This document shows positions 1 through 8,047 of a DNA stretch of 64,000 nt, in pieces. The stretch spans positions 1-64,000 of the IMG/VR virus record IMGVR_UViG_3300043775_001834. One strand, written 5' to 3'. Under the pieces are notes generated by a model. It was not told the DNA's origin, ran no database searches, and saw only the letters and a list, made by a program, of their open reading frames with translations. The translations under genes were made by a program, and so were the position numbers. Source of the stretch: a virus. The first letter of the stretch is position 1. The number at the start of each line of letters is the position of its first letter.

Positions 1-2
1 GT

Positions 3-605
3 ATTCCCTCAGGTTGGACGCCTGTCGACAATCCTCATCAGAAAACCTCTCCTATAACTATACCACCTATATCGGTTGCACCTATACAAAATACCCGTAA
101 CAATAATGGAACCGGTGGAGGTGGAGGTGGATGTTTCATCGAAGGTACATATATCACATTACCAGATGGAATTAAAATGCTAATCGAAGAAGTAAAAGTT
201 GGAATGGAAATTTTAACGTATAATGAAGATTACGAAGAAAATGAAATAGGAATTGTAAAATCTCTAATACAACCTTCAGCATCTAAATTTATCTTATTAG
301 ATTTTACAGATGGAACTGGAATACAATGTACTCCTGAACATCCATTTTGGATTATTGATAAAGGTTGGAGTTCTTTCGATCCTACTTCTTCTATGGAATT
401 ACACGATTTAGAAGTAGCTCAATTAACTGAAGGAGATATTGCATTAAACGAATTTGAAGAGCAAATAGTAATCGAAGGAATTACAGAAATAAGCTATAAG
501 AAACCTGTTAAAGTTTACAACTTAGAAATAGAAGACAATCATACTTACTATGCAAATGGTATCTTAGTACATAATAAAATAGCTTCATCACTAGCATCAG
601 AATAA
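3..605 (+). CDS. 3' end of a (probably virion) protein ending in a Hint/intein-like autoprocessing domain; gene starts upstream of window
   Basis: Frame open from nt 3: ...NNNGTGGGGGG-CFIEGT (Cys at 132), block B CTPEHPF, terminal VYNLEIEDNHTYYANGILVHN followed by KIASSLASE*. Confidence 0.85.
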   Translation: MPSGWTPVDNPHQKTSPITIPPISVAPIQNTRNNNGTGGGGGGCFIEGTYITLPDGIKMLIEEVKVGMEILTYNEDYEENEIGIVKSLIQPSASKFILLDFTDGTGIQCTPEHPFWIIDKGWSSFDPTSSMELHDLEVAQLTEGDIALNEFEEQIVIEGITEISYKKPVKVYNLEIEDNHTYYANGILVHNKIASSLASE

Positions 606-606
606 T

Positions 607-1173
607 ATGATATTACAAAATAGAAACGACTTATTTAAAGTCGAGCTCCCAAAGACATTTATTCCTGAAGAAATCAAGAATAGATATTTGCCGTATATAC
701 AAAGAATGCCTACCCCGGTCAGAAATGTTTCAGACTTAGTAAATTATTCTATTCAATCTATTACGATACCTAATTTTAATTATTCTCCTATTGAACAAGT
801 TAAACCAGGTTATCAGGATGCAGCAAAAGGTACAACTCGTAAATTTAGACAGGCTTTATCTCCAGAGATGTTAATTGATAGAAATTTCACAGTAACTTTT
901 CAATTGCTTGATGGTAATGTTAATTATTGGATTATGTTAGAAACTTTCTTCTATTATTATAAATTCTCTACAACCAATCCTTATTCGGTTAATGTACCTA
1001 TTAGGATATTTGATGCAGAAGGTAATGCAATGTATTCTTCTATTTTTACTGATTGTTTATTTACTGGATTAAATCAATTTACGATGTCTTATTCTGAAAT
1101 AACTCCAGAATTTAGAACTTTTGAAGCTACTTTCGCCTTCAACGATATGCAAATAGACTTCCAATTACAATAA
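607..1173 (+). CDS. gp3: Tail completion/tube terminator protein, T4 gp3-like
   Basis: Pattern IQSITIP...FTVTFQLLD..NYW...IRIFD...FTDCLFTGLNQFTMSYSE...FEATFAF resembles the gp3/tube-fold family. Confidence 0.6.
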   Translation: MILQNRNDLFKVELPKTFIPEEIKNRYLPYIQRMPTPVRNVSDLVNYSIQSITIPNFNYSPIEQVKPGYQDAAKGTTRKFRQALSPEMLIDRNFTVTFQLLDGNVNYWIMLETFFYYYKFSTTNPYSVNVPIRIFDAEGNAMYSSIFTDCLFTGLNQFTMSYSEITPEFRTFEATFAFNDMQIDFQLQ

Positions 1174-1174
1174 A

Positions 1175-1182
1175 GATAAATA
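1175..1182 (+). promoter_or_regulatory. Late promoter variant GATAAATA
   Basis: Variant of the recurrent intergenic GATATATA motif, just upstream of ATG 1187. Confidence 0.5.
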
Positions 1183-1186
1183 CTAT

Positions 1187-1495
1187 ATGAAAACATTTAA
1201 TGAACTTAGAGCTCTTATAACTGAAGCAAACAAATTTTCTTCTCATGGATTTACATTTACTATCATGGGAGGTAAAGACCGAGACGGATCATATGTTAGT
1301 TTCTTACCTGACATCAAAACTCTCGATACTTATTCTAAAGATGAAATGGCAGGATGGATTGATTCAATCTTTAATAATATGGATTTCTTTAGAGATTGCA
1401 TGATTTGGGAAAAAAATCATGTTGCAGCCGGATTAGTTTTTCGCATTAACGCTAATTATTTAGCAGATTCATTACTAAAAGAATTCAAATCATAA
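1187..1495 (+). CDS. Hypothetical protein, possible internal head protein
   Basis: N-terminus MKTFNELRALITE resembles T4 IP capsid-targeting leader. Confidence 0.6.
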   Translation: MKTFNELRALITEANKFSSHGFTFTIMGGKDRDGSYVSFLPDIKTLDTYSKDEMAGWIDSIFNNMDFFRDCMIWEKNHVAAGLVFRINANYLADSLLKEFKS

Positions 1496-1857
1496 TGAGA
1501 ACATTTAAAGAATATCTTCTAGAAGAAGGTCGTTTTACTGAAGCAGAACTATTAGAACTGAACGAAAATTTAAAATCTGAGCTTACTCCTGAAGAACAAG
1601 CTAAAGTAGATGCTGCAATAGAAGCATTTTGTGCTGAATATATGAACAACAAATCTATTAAAGACCTTAACGAAGAACTTACTAACGAAGGATTTTTAGG
1701 ATCTATTTTCGGAGGTCTTACCGGTTTTGCTTTAGGTTCATCTATTGGGAAAATTATTGCTAATGTTTTAGGAATAGAAAAAGGCGTAGTTTATGATATG
1801 TTAACTAGTCGTTTAGTTGGTGCTGCTTTAGGTGCTGCTTTAGGCAAAAGAATATAA
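1495..1857 (+). CDS. Putative internal head protein with C-terminal glycine-zipper hydrophobic helices
   Basis: MRTFKEYLLEE leader; C-terminal GFLGSIFGGLTGFALGSSIG...LVGAALGAALG. Confidence 0.65.
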   Translation: MRTFKEYLLEEGRFTEAELLELNENLKSELTPEEQAKVDAAIEAFCAEYMNNKSIKDLNEELTNEGFLGSIFGGLTGFALGSSIGKIIANVLGIEKGVVYDMLTSRLVGAALGAALGKRI

Positions 1858-1858
1858 T

Positions 1859-2464
1859 ATGACTACAATAGGAATTGATTTCTCCATAAACTCTACTGCA
1901 GTAGCAATAAATAAAGATGGTAAACTTACTATCTTTTCGTTCGTTCCTAATTATCGTTCTGAACTTGCCGGATTTAAAATTCATAAAGCCTTATCTGATA
2001 TGATTAGTGTTATTTCTTACGAAAAAGGAGGTAACACTAAAGACGCGTTAGCCGATCAAAGAATAAAACTACAAAATGCTGACAATCTATCAGATCAAAT
2101 AATTGAAGCAATAAAACCTCACATAACAGAAAATCCAGAAATAAGAATCGAAGGATTCTCTTTCGGATCTAAAGGAAATTCATTTATCGATTTGGTATCA
2201 TTCAATACTTTCCTGAAAGTTAAGATTATTCAATCTTATGGCCATTGCATAGATGTGGTGCCACCAAAGTCTCTAAAGAAAATATACACCGGAAACGGAA
2301 ACGCTTCAAAATGTGATATGTTGCGTAAGTTCTTGGAAGTAAAAGACACTCCTTTCAAATTAAGACTTGTAGAATTAGGACTTGATCGAGCAGAGGAATT
2401 TACTCTACCAAAACCAATCGACGACATCATAGATTCAATTGCTTTGTCTTGGGTTTCACTATAA
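1859..2464 (+). CDS. RuvC-like Holliday junction resolvase
   Basis: IGIDFSINSTA, IRIEGFSFG, PPKSLKKIYTGNGNASK, DDIIDSIAL catalytic motifs. Confidence 0.85.
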   Translation: MTTIGIDFSINSTAVAINKDGKLTIFSFVPNYRSELAGFKIHKALSDMISVISYEKGGNTKDALADQRIKLQNADNLSDQIIEAIKPHITENPEIRIEGFSFGSKGNSFIDLVSFNTFLKVKIIQSYGHCIDVVPPKSLKKIYTGNGNASKCDMLRKFLEVKDTPFKLRLVELGLDRAEEFTLPKPIDDIIDSIALSWVSL

Positions 2465-2468
2465 CAAG

Positions 2469-2569
2469 CAAACCTTGGGTTTCCCTTGGCTTTGCCTCGG
2501 AATAAACTTCTTCAATTTCCTTGAATACAAGTAATCATTATATGACTTTAAGGCCTGTACTGTTTCATA
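2469..2569 (-). repeat. Copy A of a ~105-bp non-coding element (promoter plus CCRAGG repeats), inverted relative to copy B at 59482-59592
   Basis: Reverse complement aligns with copy B: TATGAAAC-N17-CATATAA-YGATTACTTGKATTCRAGGAAA...TTCCGAGG...GCCAAGG...CCRAGGTTTG. Confidence 0.85.
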
Positions 2570-2586
2570 AAGTCAATATATTTAAA

Positions 2587-2594
2587 GATATATA
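2587..2594 (+). promoter_or_regulatory. Late promoter GATATATA
   Basis: Recurrent intergenic motif. Confidence 0.65.
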
Positions 2595-2598
2595 CTAT

Positions 2599-2907
2599 AT
2601 GAAAACATTCTTAAACTACGCAGAATTCGTTGAATTAAACGAAGAAAATAAAAATCCACCAGATATTGGCTTATATAGTAAAGGTGGCCGAAGAGCTATT
2701 AAAGGAACTGGATATGTCGACAAAGAAAAGGCAGAATCTAGTTGTAAAAAATTAGATGCATTAAAAAATAAAGGTGAACATCAATGGGCTATGTCTATTG
2801 CTACTACAATGATGAACCGAGCAGAAAAGCATGAACATCAAACCGAAGGTATGAGAGATGCCATTAAGGTTTATAAAGAGTGGATCGAGAAAAACAAGAA
2901 AAAATAA
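2599..2907 (+). CDS. Hypothetical protein, putative internal head protein (start revised from 2521 to ATG 2599)
   Basis: MKTFLNYAEFVELNEE leader directly after GATATATA; upstream TTG extension runs through the non-coding element. Confidence 0.65.
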   Translation: MKTFLNYAEFVELNEENKNPPDIGLYSKGGRRAIKGTGYVDKEKAESSCKKLDALKNKGEHQWAMSIATTMMNRAEKHEHQTEGMRDAIKVYKEWIEKNKKK

Positions 2908-2932
2908 ATTTAGTTTGTAGATTTAAAATAAG

Positions 2933-3283
2933 ATGCTAAATCCAAATTTAATAAACTTTGAATCGTATAGAAATAACTATCAAGAGCTTTTAGGCAATAA
3001 AGAAGATTATTTTATATTTGTCAGAGCTTTAACCGAGAGGAATTACGATCTTTTCAAAAATATCATTAATCCTAAAAATTTAAAGAGAAGCTGGAAAGCT
3101 AATCATTTAGACCATATCTATTCAATATCCCAAGGATTCAAAGATAAAATGGATCCTTTTTTCTTGGCACATCCATGTAATTTACAAATGCTAAAAGCTC
3201 GAGAAAACAAAAAGAAAAATTCTAGATGTGGACATACCACAGAAGAGCTGAATGAAAAAATATCAAATTTTGGTGATGTTTGA
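2933..3283 (+). CDS. Small HNH (His-Me finger) nuclease-like protein
   Basis: HLDHIYSI...HPCNLQMLKARENKKK HNH pattern. Confidence 0.65.
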   Translation: MLNPNLINFESYRNNYQELLGNKEDYFIFVRALTERNYDLFKNIINPKNLKRSWKANHLDHIYSISQGFKDKMDPFFLAHPCNLQMLKARENKKKNSRCGHTTEELNEKISNFGDV

Positions 3284-3284
3284 T

Positions 3285-3313
3285 GAATCCAAGAGGATAT
3301 ATAATTCATATAA
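3285..3313 (+). promoter_or_regulatory. Replication-class promoter GAATC-N17-CATATAA with a nested late GATATATA (3296-3303), upstream of gp32
   Basis: Matches the motif pair seen before other replication genes. Confidence 0.6.
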
Positions 3314-3314
3314 C

Positions 3315-3452
3315 AAGTAAGTAAAGACCCTAATAACTAGTAAGTAAAATCGACTGATTAATTTTAGTCCGGAAGTAAGTTAAGAAAGTAGATTGAATCT
3401 ATCTAATAAGTAGGTCATATTAAATAAACAAAGTAAATAAAACGTAAGTAAA
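3315..3452 (+). promoter_or_regulatory. gp32 mRNA leader with 8 AAGTA repeats and small hairpins; putative autogenous translational operator
   Basis: AAGTA at 3315, 3319, 3342, 3373, 3386, 3408, 3431, 3446; hairpins GACTGA/TTAGTC and TAGAT/ATCTA. Confidence 0.5.
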
Positions 3453-4385
3453 ATGGAAAACAATTTCGACATCTTCAACATTGGCATCGACGCATACCAA
3501 GAAGAAGCAAAACCTGCATCAAAGAGCTCAGAGTTTAAAACTGACCCTAAGCTATCTAAAGACTCTATCTACAGAGCAATTGTACGATTCGTACCAAACA
3601 TCAAGAACCCTAAAAAATCTATCGTTAAGAAATTCTCCTATTGGTTAGAATTGCACGAAGGTGAAGGATTCTACGTTGACTGTCCTTCTTCGGTTAACGA
3701 AAAATCAGTAATTCAAGACACATTCTGGAAATTGTTCAAATCTGAATCAGCATTTGACAAAAAACAAGCAGAACACATCAAACGTAAAGAATACTACTAT
3801 TCTTATGTTGAGATTGTGAAAGACCCACAACGTCCTGAATTAGAAGGAACAATTCAAATTTTCAGATATCCAAAAGCTGTTAAAAAGCTAATCGATGCTC
3901 AAATCCAACCGGATGCTACTGAGATCGAAATGGGTACAACACCAACAAATATCTTCGATTTCTTCGATGGTAAAGATTTCTCAATCAAAGTTACACTTAA
4001 AGGCGGTTATTGGAATTATGACGAATGTAAATTCGCAACAGCTAATTCACCAATCTCGGTTAAAGGAGTTAAAATGGAAAACAACGCTGAATCTCGTAAC
4101 TTAATCCTTTCTTTATATGATGGATTACAACCACTTGAAGAATTTGACTTTAAACCATGGTCAGATGAACAAAGAGACAGAGTTAACAAATTCTTAGGTG
4201 AATTAATTGGTAATCCAGGTGCTGCATATTCTGCAGTAACTACACCGTCTACTCCTTCACAACCAAGTGCAGTAGCACAATCTGCTCCAGTTAAAACTCA
4301 AAACCTTGCTGAAGTATCTTCTGATGCTGTATCCGGTAATGATGGCGACATTGAAGATTGGTTAAAAGAGTTTGATATTAACTAA
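3453..4385 (+). CDS. gp32: Single-stranded DNA-binding protein (T4 gp32-like)
   Basis: AIVRFVP, YSYVEIVKDPQRPELEGTIQIFRY, FDFFDGKDFSIKV..GGYWNYDEC, acidic C-terminal tail. Confidence 0.9.
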   Translation: MENNFDIFNIGIDAYQEEAKPASKSSEFKTDPKLSKDSIYRAIVRFVPNIKNPKKSIVKKFSYWLELHEGEGFYVDCPSSVNEKSVIQDTFWKLFKSESAFDKKQAEHIKRKEYYYSYVEIVKDPQRPELEGTIQIFRYPKAVKKLIDAQIQPDATEIEMGTTPTNIFDFFDGKDFSIKVTLKGGYWNYDECKFATANSPISVKGVKMENNAESRNLILSLYDGLQPLEEFDFKPWSDEQRDRVNKFLGELIGNPGAAYSAVTTPSTPSQPSAVAQSAPVKTQNLAEVSSDAVSGNDGDIEDWLKEFDIN

Positions 4386-4405
4386 GATTTCTTATTTAAT
4401 AACTC

Positions 4406-4436
4406 AAAGGCATTCATTTCGATGAATGCCTTTTTT
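4406..4436 (+). terminator. Rho-independent terminator (UUCG loop)
   Basis: AAAGGCATTCAT-TTCG-ATGAATGCCTTT followed by T-run. Confidence 0.85.
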
Positions 4437-4447
4437 ACTCTCTACTC

Positions 4448-5530
4448 ATGGAATTAACAAAACAAAAACAAGACGAAATAACGGCAAAGGTTCAGAAAAT
4501 ACTCCTTAATAATTTTTCTGGTCCTAAATCTTCTATTAAAATAAATAGAGATCGAATCAATTTTGCATGTCCTTATTGTGGTGATGGTTCGGATATCCAT
4601 AAAAAGCGAGGAAATATCTATTGGAAATCGCTTTCCTTTCATTGTTATAATGGCGGTTGTCAAAAGCGTCATGCTAATGTCGTAGAATTTCTTAGAGACT
4701 TTGACCAATCAGTTACTAATAAAGACGATTTGATGTTCTTTCTTGATTATATTCGAGAAAATCAAGTAATCACACCTACAAAAGATTACATGGAACTTAC
4801 GGTCTTTGAAAATCTTAAAGAATATTCTATACCATTAGAATTAATTAAGAAAAAACTTAATTTAGTATCACCGAAAGATAATTTCAAAATTGAAAGATAT
4901 CTTAAAGGCAGATTTCTGCATAATAAACTAGAATATTTCTTATACGATCCTAAAGAAGAACAACTTTATATTTTCAATCTTACACCTGACAAACAACATA
5001 CTTTCGGTTGGCAGATTCGTAATTTTAAACCTAAACGAGAAAAATACGTAAGTTACAATATCGAAAAAATCAATCTATTGATATTAGACCGAGAATTAAA
5101 AATGCCAAATGACGAAGCAATCAGAATGAATACCCTAAGCATTTATTTTAATATTGCCCTTGTAGATTTTATGAAACCTGTTACAATTTTTGAAGGACCT
5201 ATCGATTCGATGTTATGTCCTAATTCTGTGTCTATTTCAGGATTAGATAAACCAACCGATATGTTCGATGAAATTCCAACAGTTAGATATTTATTTGACA
5301 ATGACCATGTAGGTCGTCGAAAAATGGAAGAAAAACTAAAACGAAGAAAAACTGTTTTTATGTGGAATAAGATAGTAAGAGACTTTAAAGTTCAACCTAG
5401 ATTAGCCGACATGAAAGAAGTTAAAGATTTTAACGACTTAATAAAGTACAGCTGGTTACAGAAAAACGATGCAGCAAGAAAATACAACGAATATTTTACG
5501 TCAAACCCTTTGGATATTAGATCAGTGTAA
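4448..5530 (+). CDS. gp61: DNA primase (T4 gp61-like)
   Basis: Zn finger NFACPYCGD...FHCYN; TOPRIM IFEGPIDS, FDND, KDFND. Confidence 0.9.
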   Translation: MELTKQKQDEITAKVQKILLNNFSGPKSSIKINRDRINFACPYCGDGSDIHKKRGNIYWKSLSFHCYNGGCQKRHANVVEFLRDFDQSVTNKDDLMFFLDYIRENQVITPTKDYMELTVFENLKEYSIPLELIKKKLNLVSPKDNFKIERYLKGRFLHNKLEYFLYDPKEEQLYIFNLTPDKQHTFGWQIRNFKPKREKYVSYNIEKINLLILDRELKMPNDEAIRMNTLSIYFNIALVDFMKPVTIFEGPIDSMLCPNSVSISGLDKPTDMFDEIPTVRYLFDNDHVGRRKMEEKLKRRKTVFMWNKIVRDFKVQPRLADMKEVKDFNDLIKYSWLQKNDAARKYNEYFTSNPLDIRSV

Positions 5531-5531
5531 A

Positions 5532-5744
5532 GTGGAAGAAGAACTTGATAAATTTGATAAACGAGTTGCCGATAGTAAAGGTAGCTTTAAATTGATAGTT
5601 GATTTTAATCAACTAGAAGTGGAATTCAAGGGAAAACAAATTGACATTGGTAGCATAAAATATAAAAAGAAAGAAAAACCTAAGACCAAGGAGGTAATAA
5701 ACTTTCGTAAAAAGAAATCAAAAAATTCTAGCGACTTATTCTAA
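5532..5744 (+). CDS. Small basic hypothetical protein (likely GTG start 5532)
   Basis: Fills gap between primase and uvsY; stop overlaps next ATG. Confidence 0.5.
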   Translation: MEEELDKFDKRVADSKGSFKLIVDFNQLEVEFKGKQIDIGSIKYKKKEKPKTKEVINFRKKKSKNSSDLF

Positions 5745-6190
5745 TGACAGACGAAGAACAAAAGGTATCTGACCTCGAAACGGCATTAGAAACTGAGAGA
5801 GGTGAATACGCTAGAAAGATTAGCGAAATCATTAAGATGATATACAAAATAGATCGAGTTGCAGAAGCTCAGGTCTTGATGTTGTCGTTTAGGCATATGA
5901 TGGTTGAGAAATTAGCCAAATATCGATCTGCGATATATAACAAGAAATCAAATGATGCAAACTTTAGAAAGCTTAGATATGAGTATTATAAGACTGCACA
6001 TAACATAAAATTAGACTATAAAGAAATAAACGACTTTATAAATTCTGATATGTCTTTAAGGATTAGACAAACTAGCCTTTTAGAAAATCAATTGACGTTC
6101 TATACACAATGTATTGAAACGTTAGATCGAATGGGGTATTCTATAAAAAATGTAGTTTCAATCGCTGAAATGAATCATAGAAACTCATAG
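5744..6190 (+). CDS. uvsY: Recombination mediator UvsY-like
   Basis: Helical, RYEYY...FINSD...FYTQCIETLDRMGYSIKN pattern; adjacent to uvsW. Confidence 0.7.
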   Translation: MTDEEQKVSDLETALETERGEYARKISEIIKMIYKIDRVAEAQVLMLSFRHMMVEKLAKYRSAIYNKKSNDANFRKLRYEYYKTAHNIKLDYKEINDFINSDMSLRIRQTSLLENQLTFYTQCIETLDRMGYSIKNVVSIAEMNHRNS

Positions 6191-6207
6191 AAAATAAAAT
6201 TTAACAT

Positions 6208-7200
6208 ATGCAGTGGGATCTAACGCATAATGACAAACTTTTAACTCTGACATCAGCCTCAGAAATAGAAATGGAGCAAATAAAGCTTTCATTTACTAGA
6301 GAAGCGGCTAATGCCAAATGGGATCCTCGAGTTAAAAAGGGATGGTGGGATGGTAAAATAAGCTACTTTAAAGGTGGTCGATATTTGCCTTCAGGCCTTT
6401 GGAATGAAGTCGTGAATGTTGGTAAACAATATAATTTTGAAGTAGGTATCAATGGAATTGAACGTAAATTCGATGCAGACATAAACAAAGAAGATTTTAC
6501 TGAATGGGTAAATCTTAAATTTGCTAATTCAGCTAGAAAGCCTAGAGATTATCAAATAGAAACTGCATTTCAAATCATCAAATACAAGAGCTGTTTGGCA
6601 GAATTAGCTACATCGGCAGGTAAGACATTGATTATTTTCATGGTAATTTCTTTTATGTTAGAAACTAGAAAGAGCCATAAAGTGCTAATGATCGTACCTA
6701 CGGTTGATTTAGTTGTTCAATCATCCGAAGACTTTTATGAATATAATACCGATTCGGTTAATATGAAACTACAAATACAACAAATATTTGCAGGATCTGT
6801 TATTAGAGATGGTGCTAATATTGTTGTAGGTACTTACCAATCTCTAGTTAAAAAAGACAAAGAATATTTTGATTCATTTGATACGGTTTTAGTTGACGAA
6901 TGTTTGCATCCGGATACTTTAATTTCTATGGCAGATGGAACTTCGAAAAAAATAACAGATGTTAAAGGTGGAGATTTAGTATTAACTACAAACGATAATA
7001 CTTTAGAAAAGGAAGCTAGAGTGGTCGATTTCGTTTATCATAATCTATCTAAAAATAATCAAATGTTTGAATTAGAGATGGAAGATGGAACCGTCTTGAG
7101 AGTAACTGGTAATCATAAAGTCAAATTAACTACAGGGAAATATAAAAGAGTTGATGAATTGACTTTGGATGACGAAATTTTAGAAAATAGATACATTTAA
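6208..7200 (+). CDS. uvsW: UvsW SF2 helicase N-terminal half fused to split-intein N-part (6901-7197)
   Basis: WDGKI, PRDYQ, ATSAGKT, IVPT, VGTYQS, VLVDE then CLHPDTLISMADG and VTGNHKV intein blocks A/B. Confidence 0.9.
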   Translation: MQWDLTHNDKLLTLTSASEIEMEQIKLSFTREAANAKWDPRVKKGWWDGKISYFKGGRYLPSGLWNEVVNVGKQYNFEVGINGIERKFDADINKEDFTEWVNLKFANSARKPRDYQIETAFQIIKYKSCLAELATSAGKTLIIFMVISFMLETRKSHKVLMIVPTVDLVVQSSEDFYEYNTDSVNMKLQIQQIFAGSVIRDGANIVVGTYQSLVKKDKEYFDSFDTVLVDECLHPDTLISMADGTSKKITDVKGGDLVLTTNDNTLEKEARVVDFVYHNLSKNNQMFELEMEDGTVLRVTGNHKVKLTTGKYKRVDELTLDDEILENRYI

Positions 7201-7203
7201 CCT

Positions 7204-7240
7204 TATGAGTTTAAATATATAAAATAAACAAACTCATATG
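7204..7240 (+). promoter_or_regulatory. Hairpin occluding the endonuclease start codon, with a late promoter (AATATATA 7214-7221) in its loop
   Basis: TATGAGTTT (7204-7212) pairs with AAACTCATA (7230-7238), which includes the A of ATG 7238. Confidence 0.65.
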
Positions 7241-8047
7241 ACGAAATCCGAAATTTATGAATATATTAATAAAAATAAGATGAAATTCTTAGGATCTAAT
7301 ATAGGCACATATGATGAGAAATTAGATAATTGGATAAGGTCTCAAGGATTTAAAATACCGGTATTTGGTTCACAAAATGTTTTCGATTATTTGACTGACG
7401 ATAAAGGTAAATTTTGTAACTGTGGAAAACCTAATAAGTTTGATACCTTTAGTCATGGTTATTCTAAATTTTGTTCGAAAGATTGTTTATATAAATGGAG
7501 GTCTGTTAATATGATTGGTGAAAAAAATAACATATACAAAGCAACACCAGAAACCCTAAAAGAAATGGGTAAAAAAAATAGCATACGTATAAAAAAATCT
7601 ATCGCTGAAGGAAAATTCACTCCATGTGTAACTAACTCGTGGGCAAAATCAAGATGCATTGTTGAAATTACTCAAGGAAATATTATTAATAAAATAAAAT
7701 GCAGATCTTCCTGGGATGCTTATTTCCAGATTAGAAATCCGGAATTATTATATGAAAGAATAAGAATTCCTTATGTTATAAAAAACGAATTACATAATTA
7801 CATAGTAGATTTTGTTGATATAAAAAATAAAATTATATATGAAATTAAACCTGAAGGTTTATGTGATTTAGAACTCAATCAAATAAAATTCAAAGCCGCT
7901 CTTGATTGGTGTGAAACTAATCAATACACCTTTAACATAATATCAAATGAATGGTTTGAAACTAATTATGATGAATCTTTATTAAAAGGCCAACCGGATG
8001 AATATAAAATAAAAAGATTATTAAAACAATTTAAAAATGAAAATTAA
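7238..8047 (+). mobile_element. Free-standing putative homing endonuclease (PD-(D/E)xK, TnsA/gp4-like C-terminal domain) between split-intein halves
   Basis: CNCG..FCSKDC Zn motif; RSSWD...YIVDF..IYEIKP nuclease motif; location inside fractured uvsW. Confidence 0.75.

Noticed and set aside
2521-2598. N-terminal extension of the 2599 ORF
   Set aside because: Runs through the conserved non-coding element and lies upstream of the late promoter.
7201-8036. Group I intron interrupting uvsW
   Set aside because: Almost no non-coding sequence for a ribozyme core; split-intein motifs explain the break.
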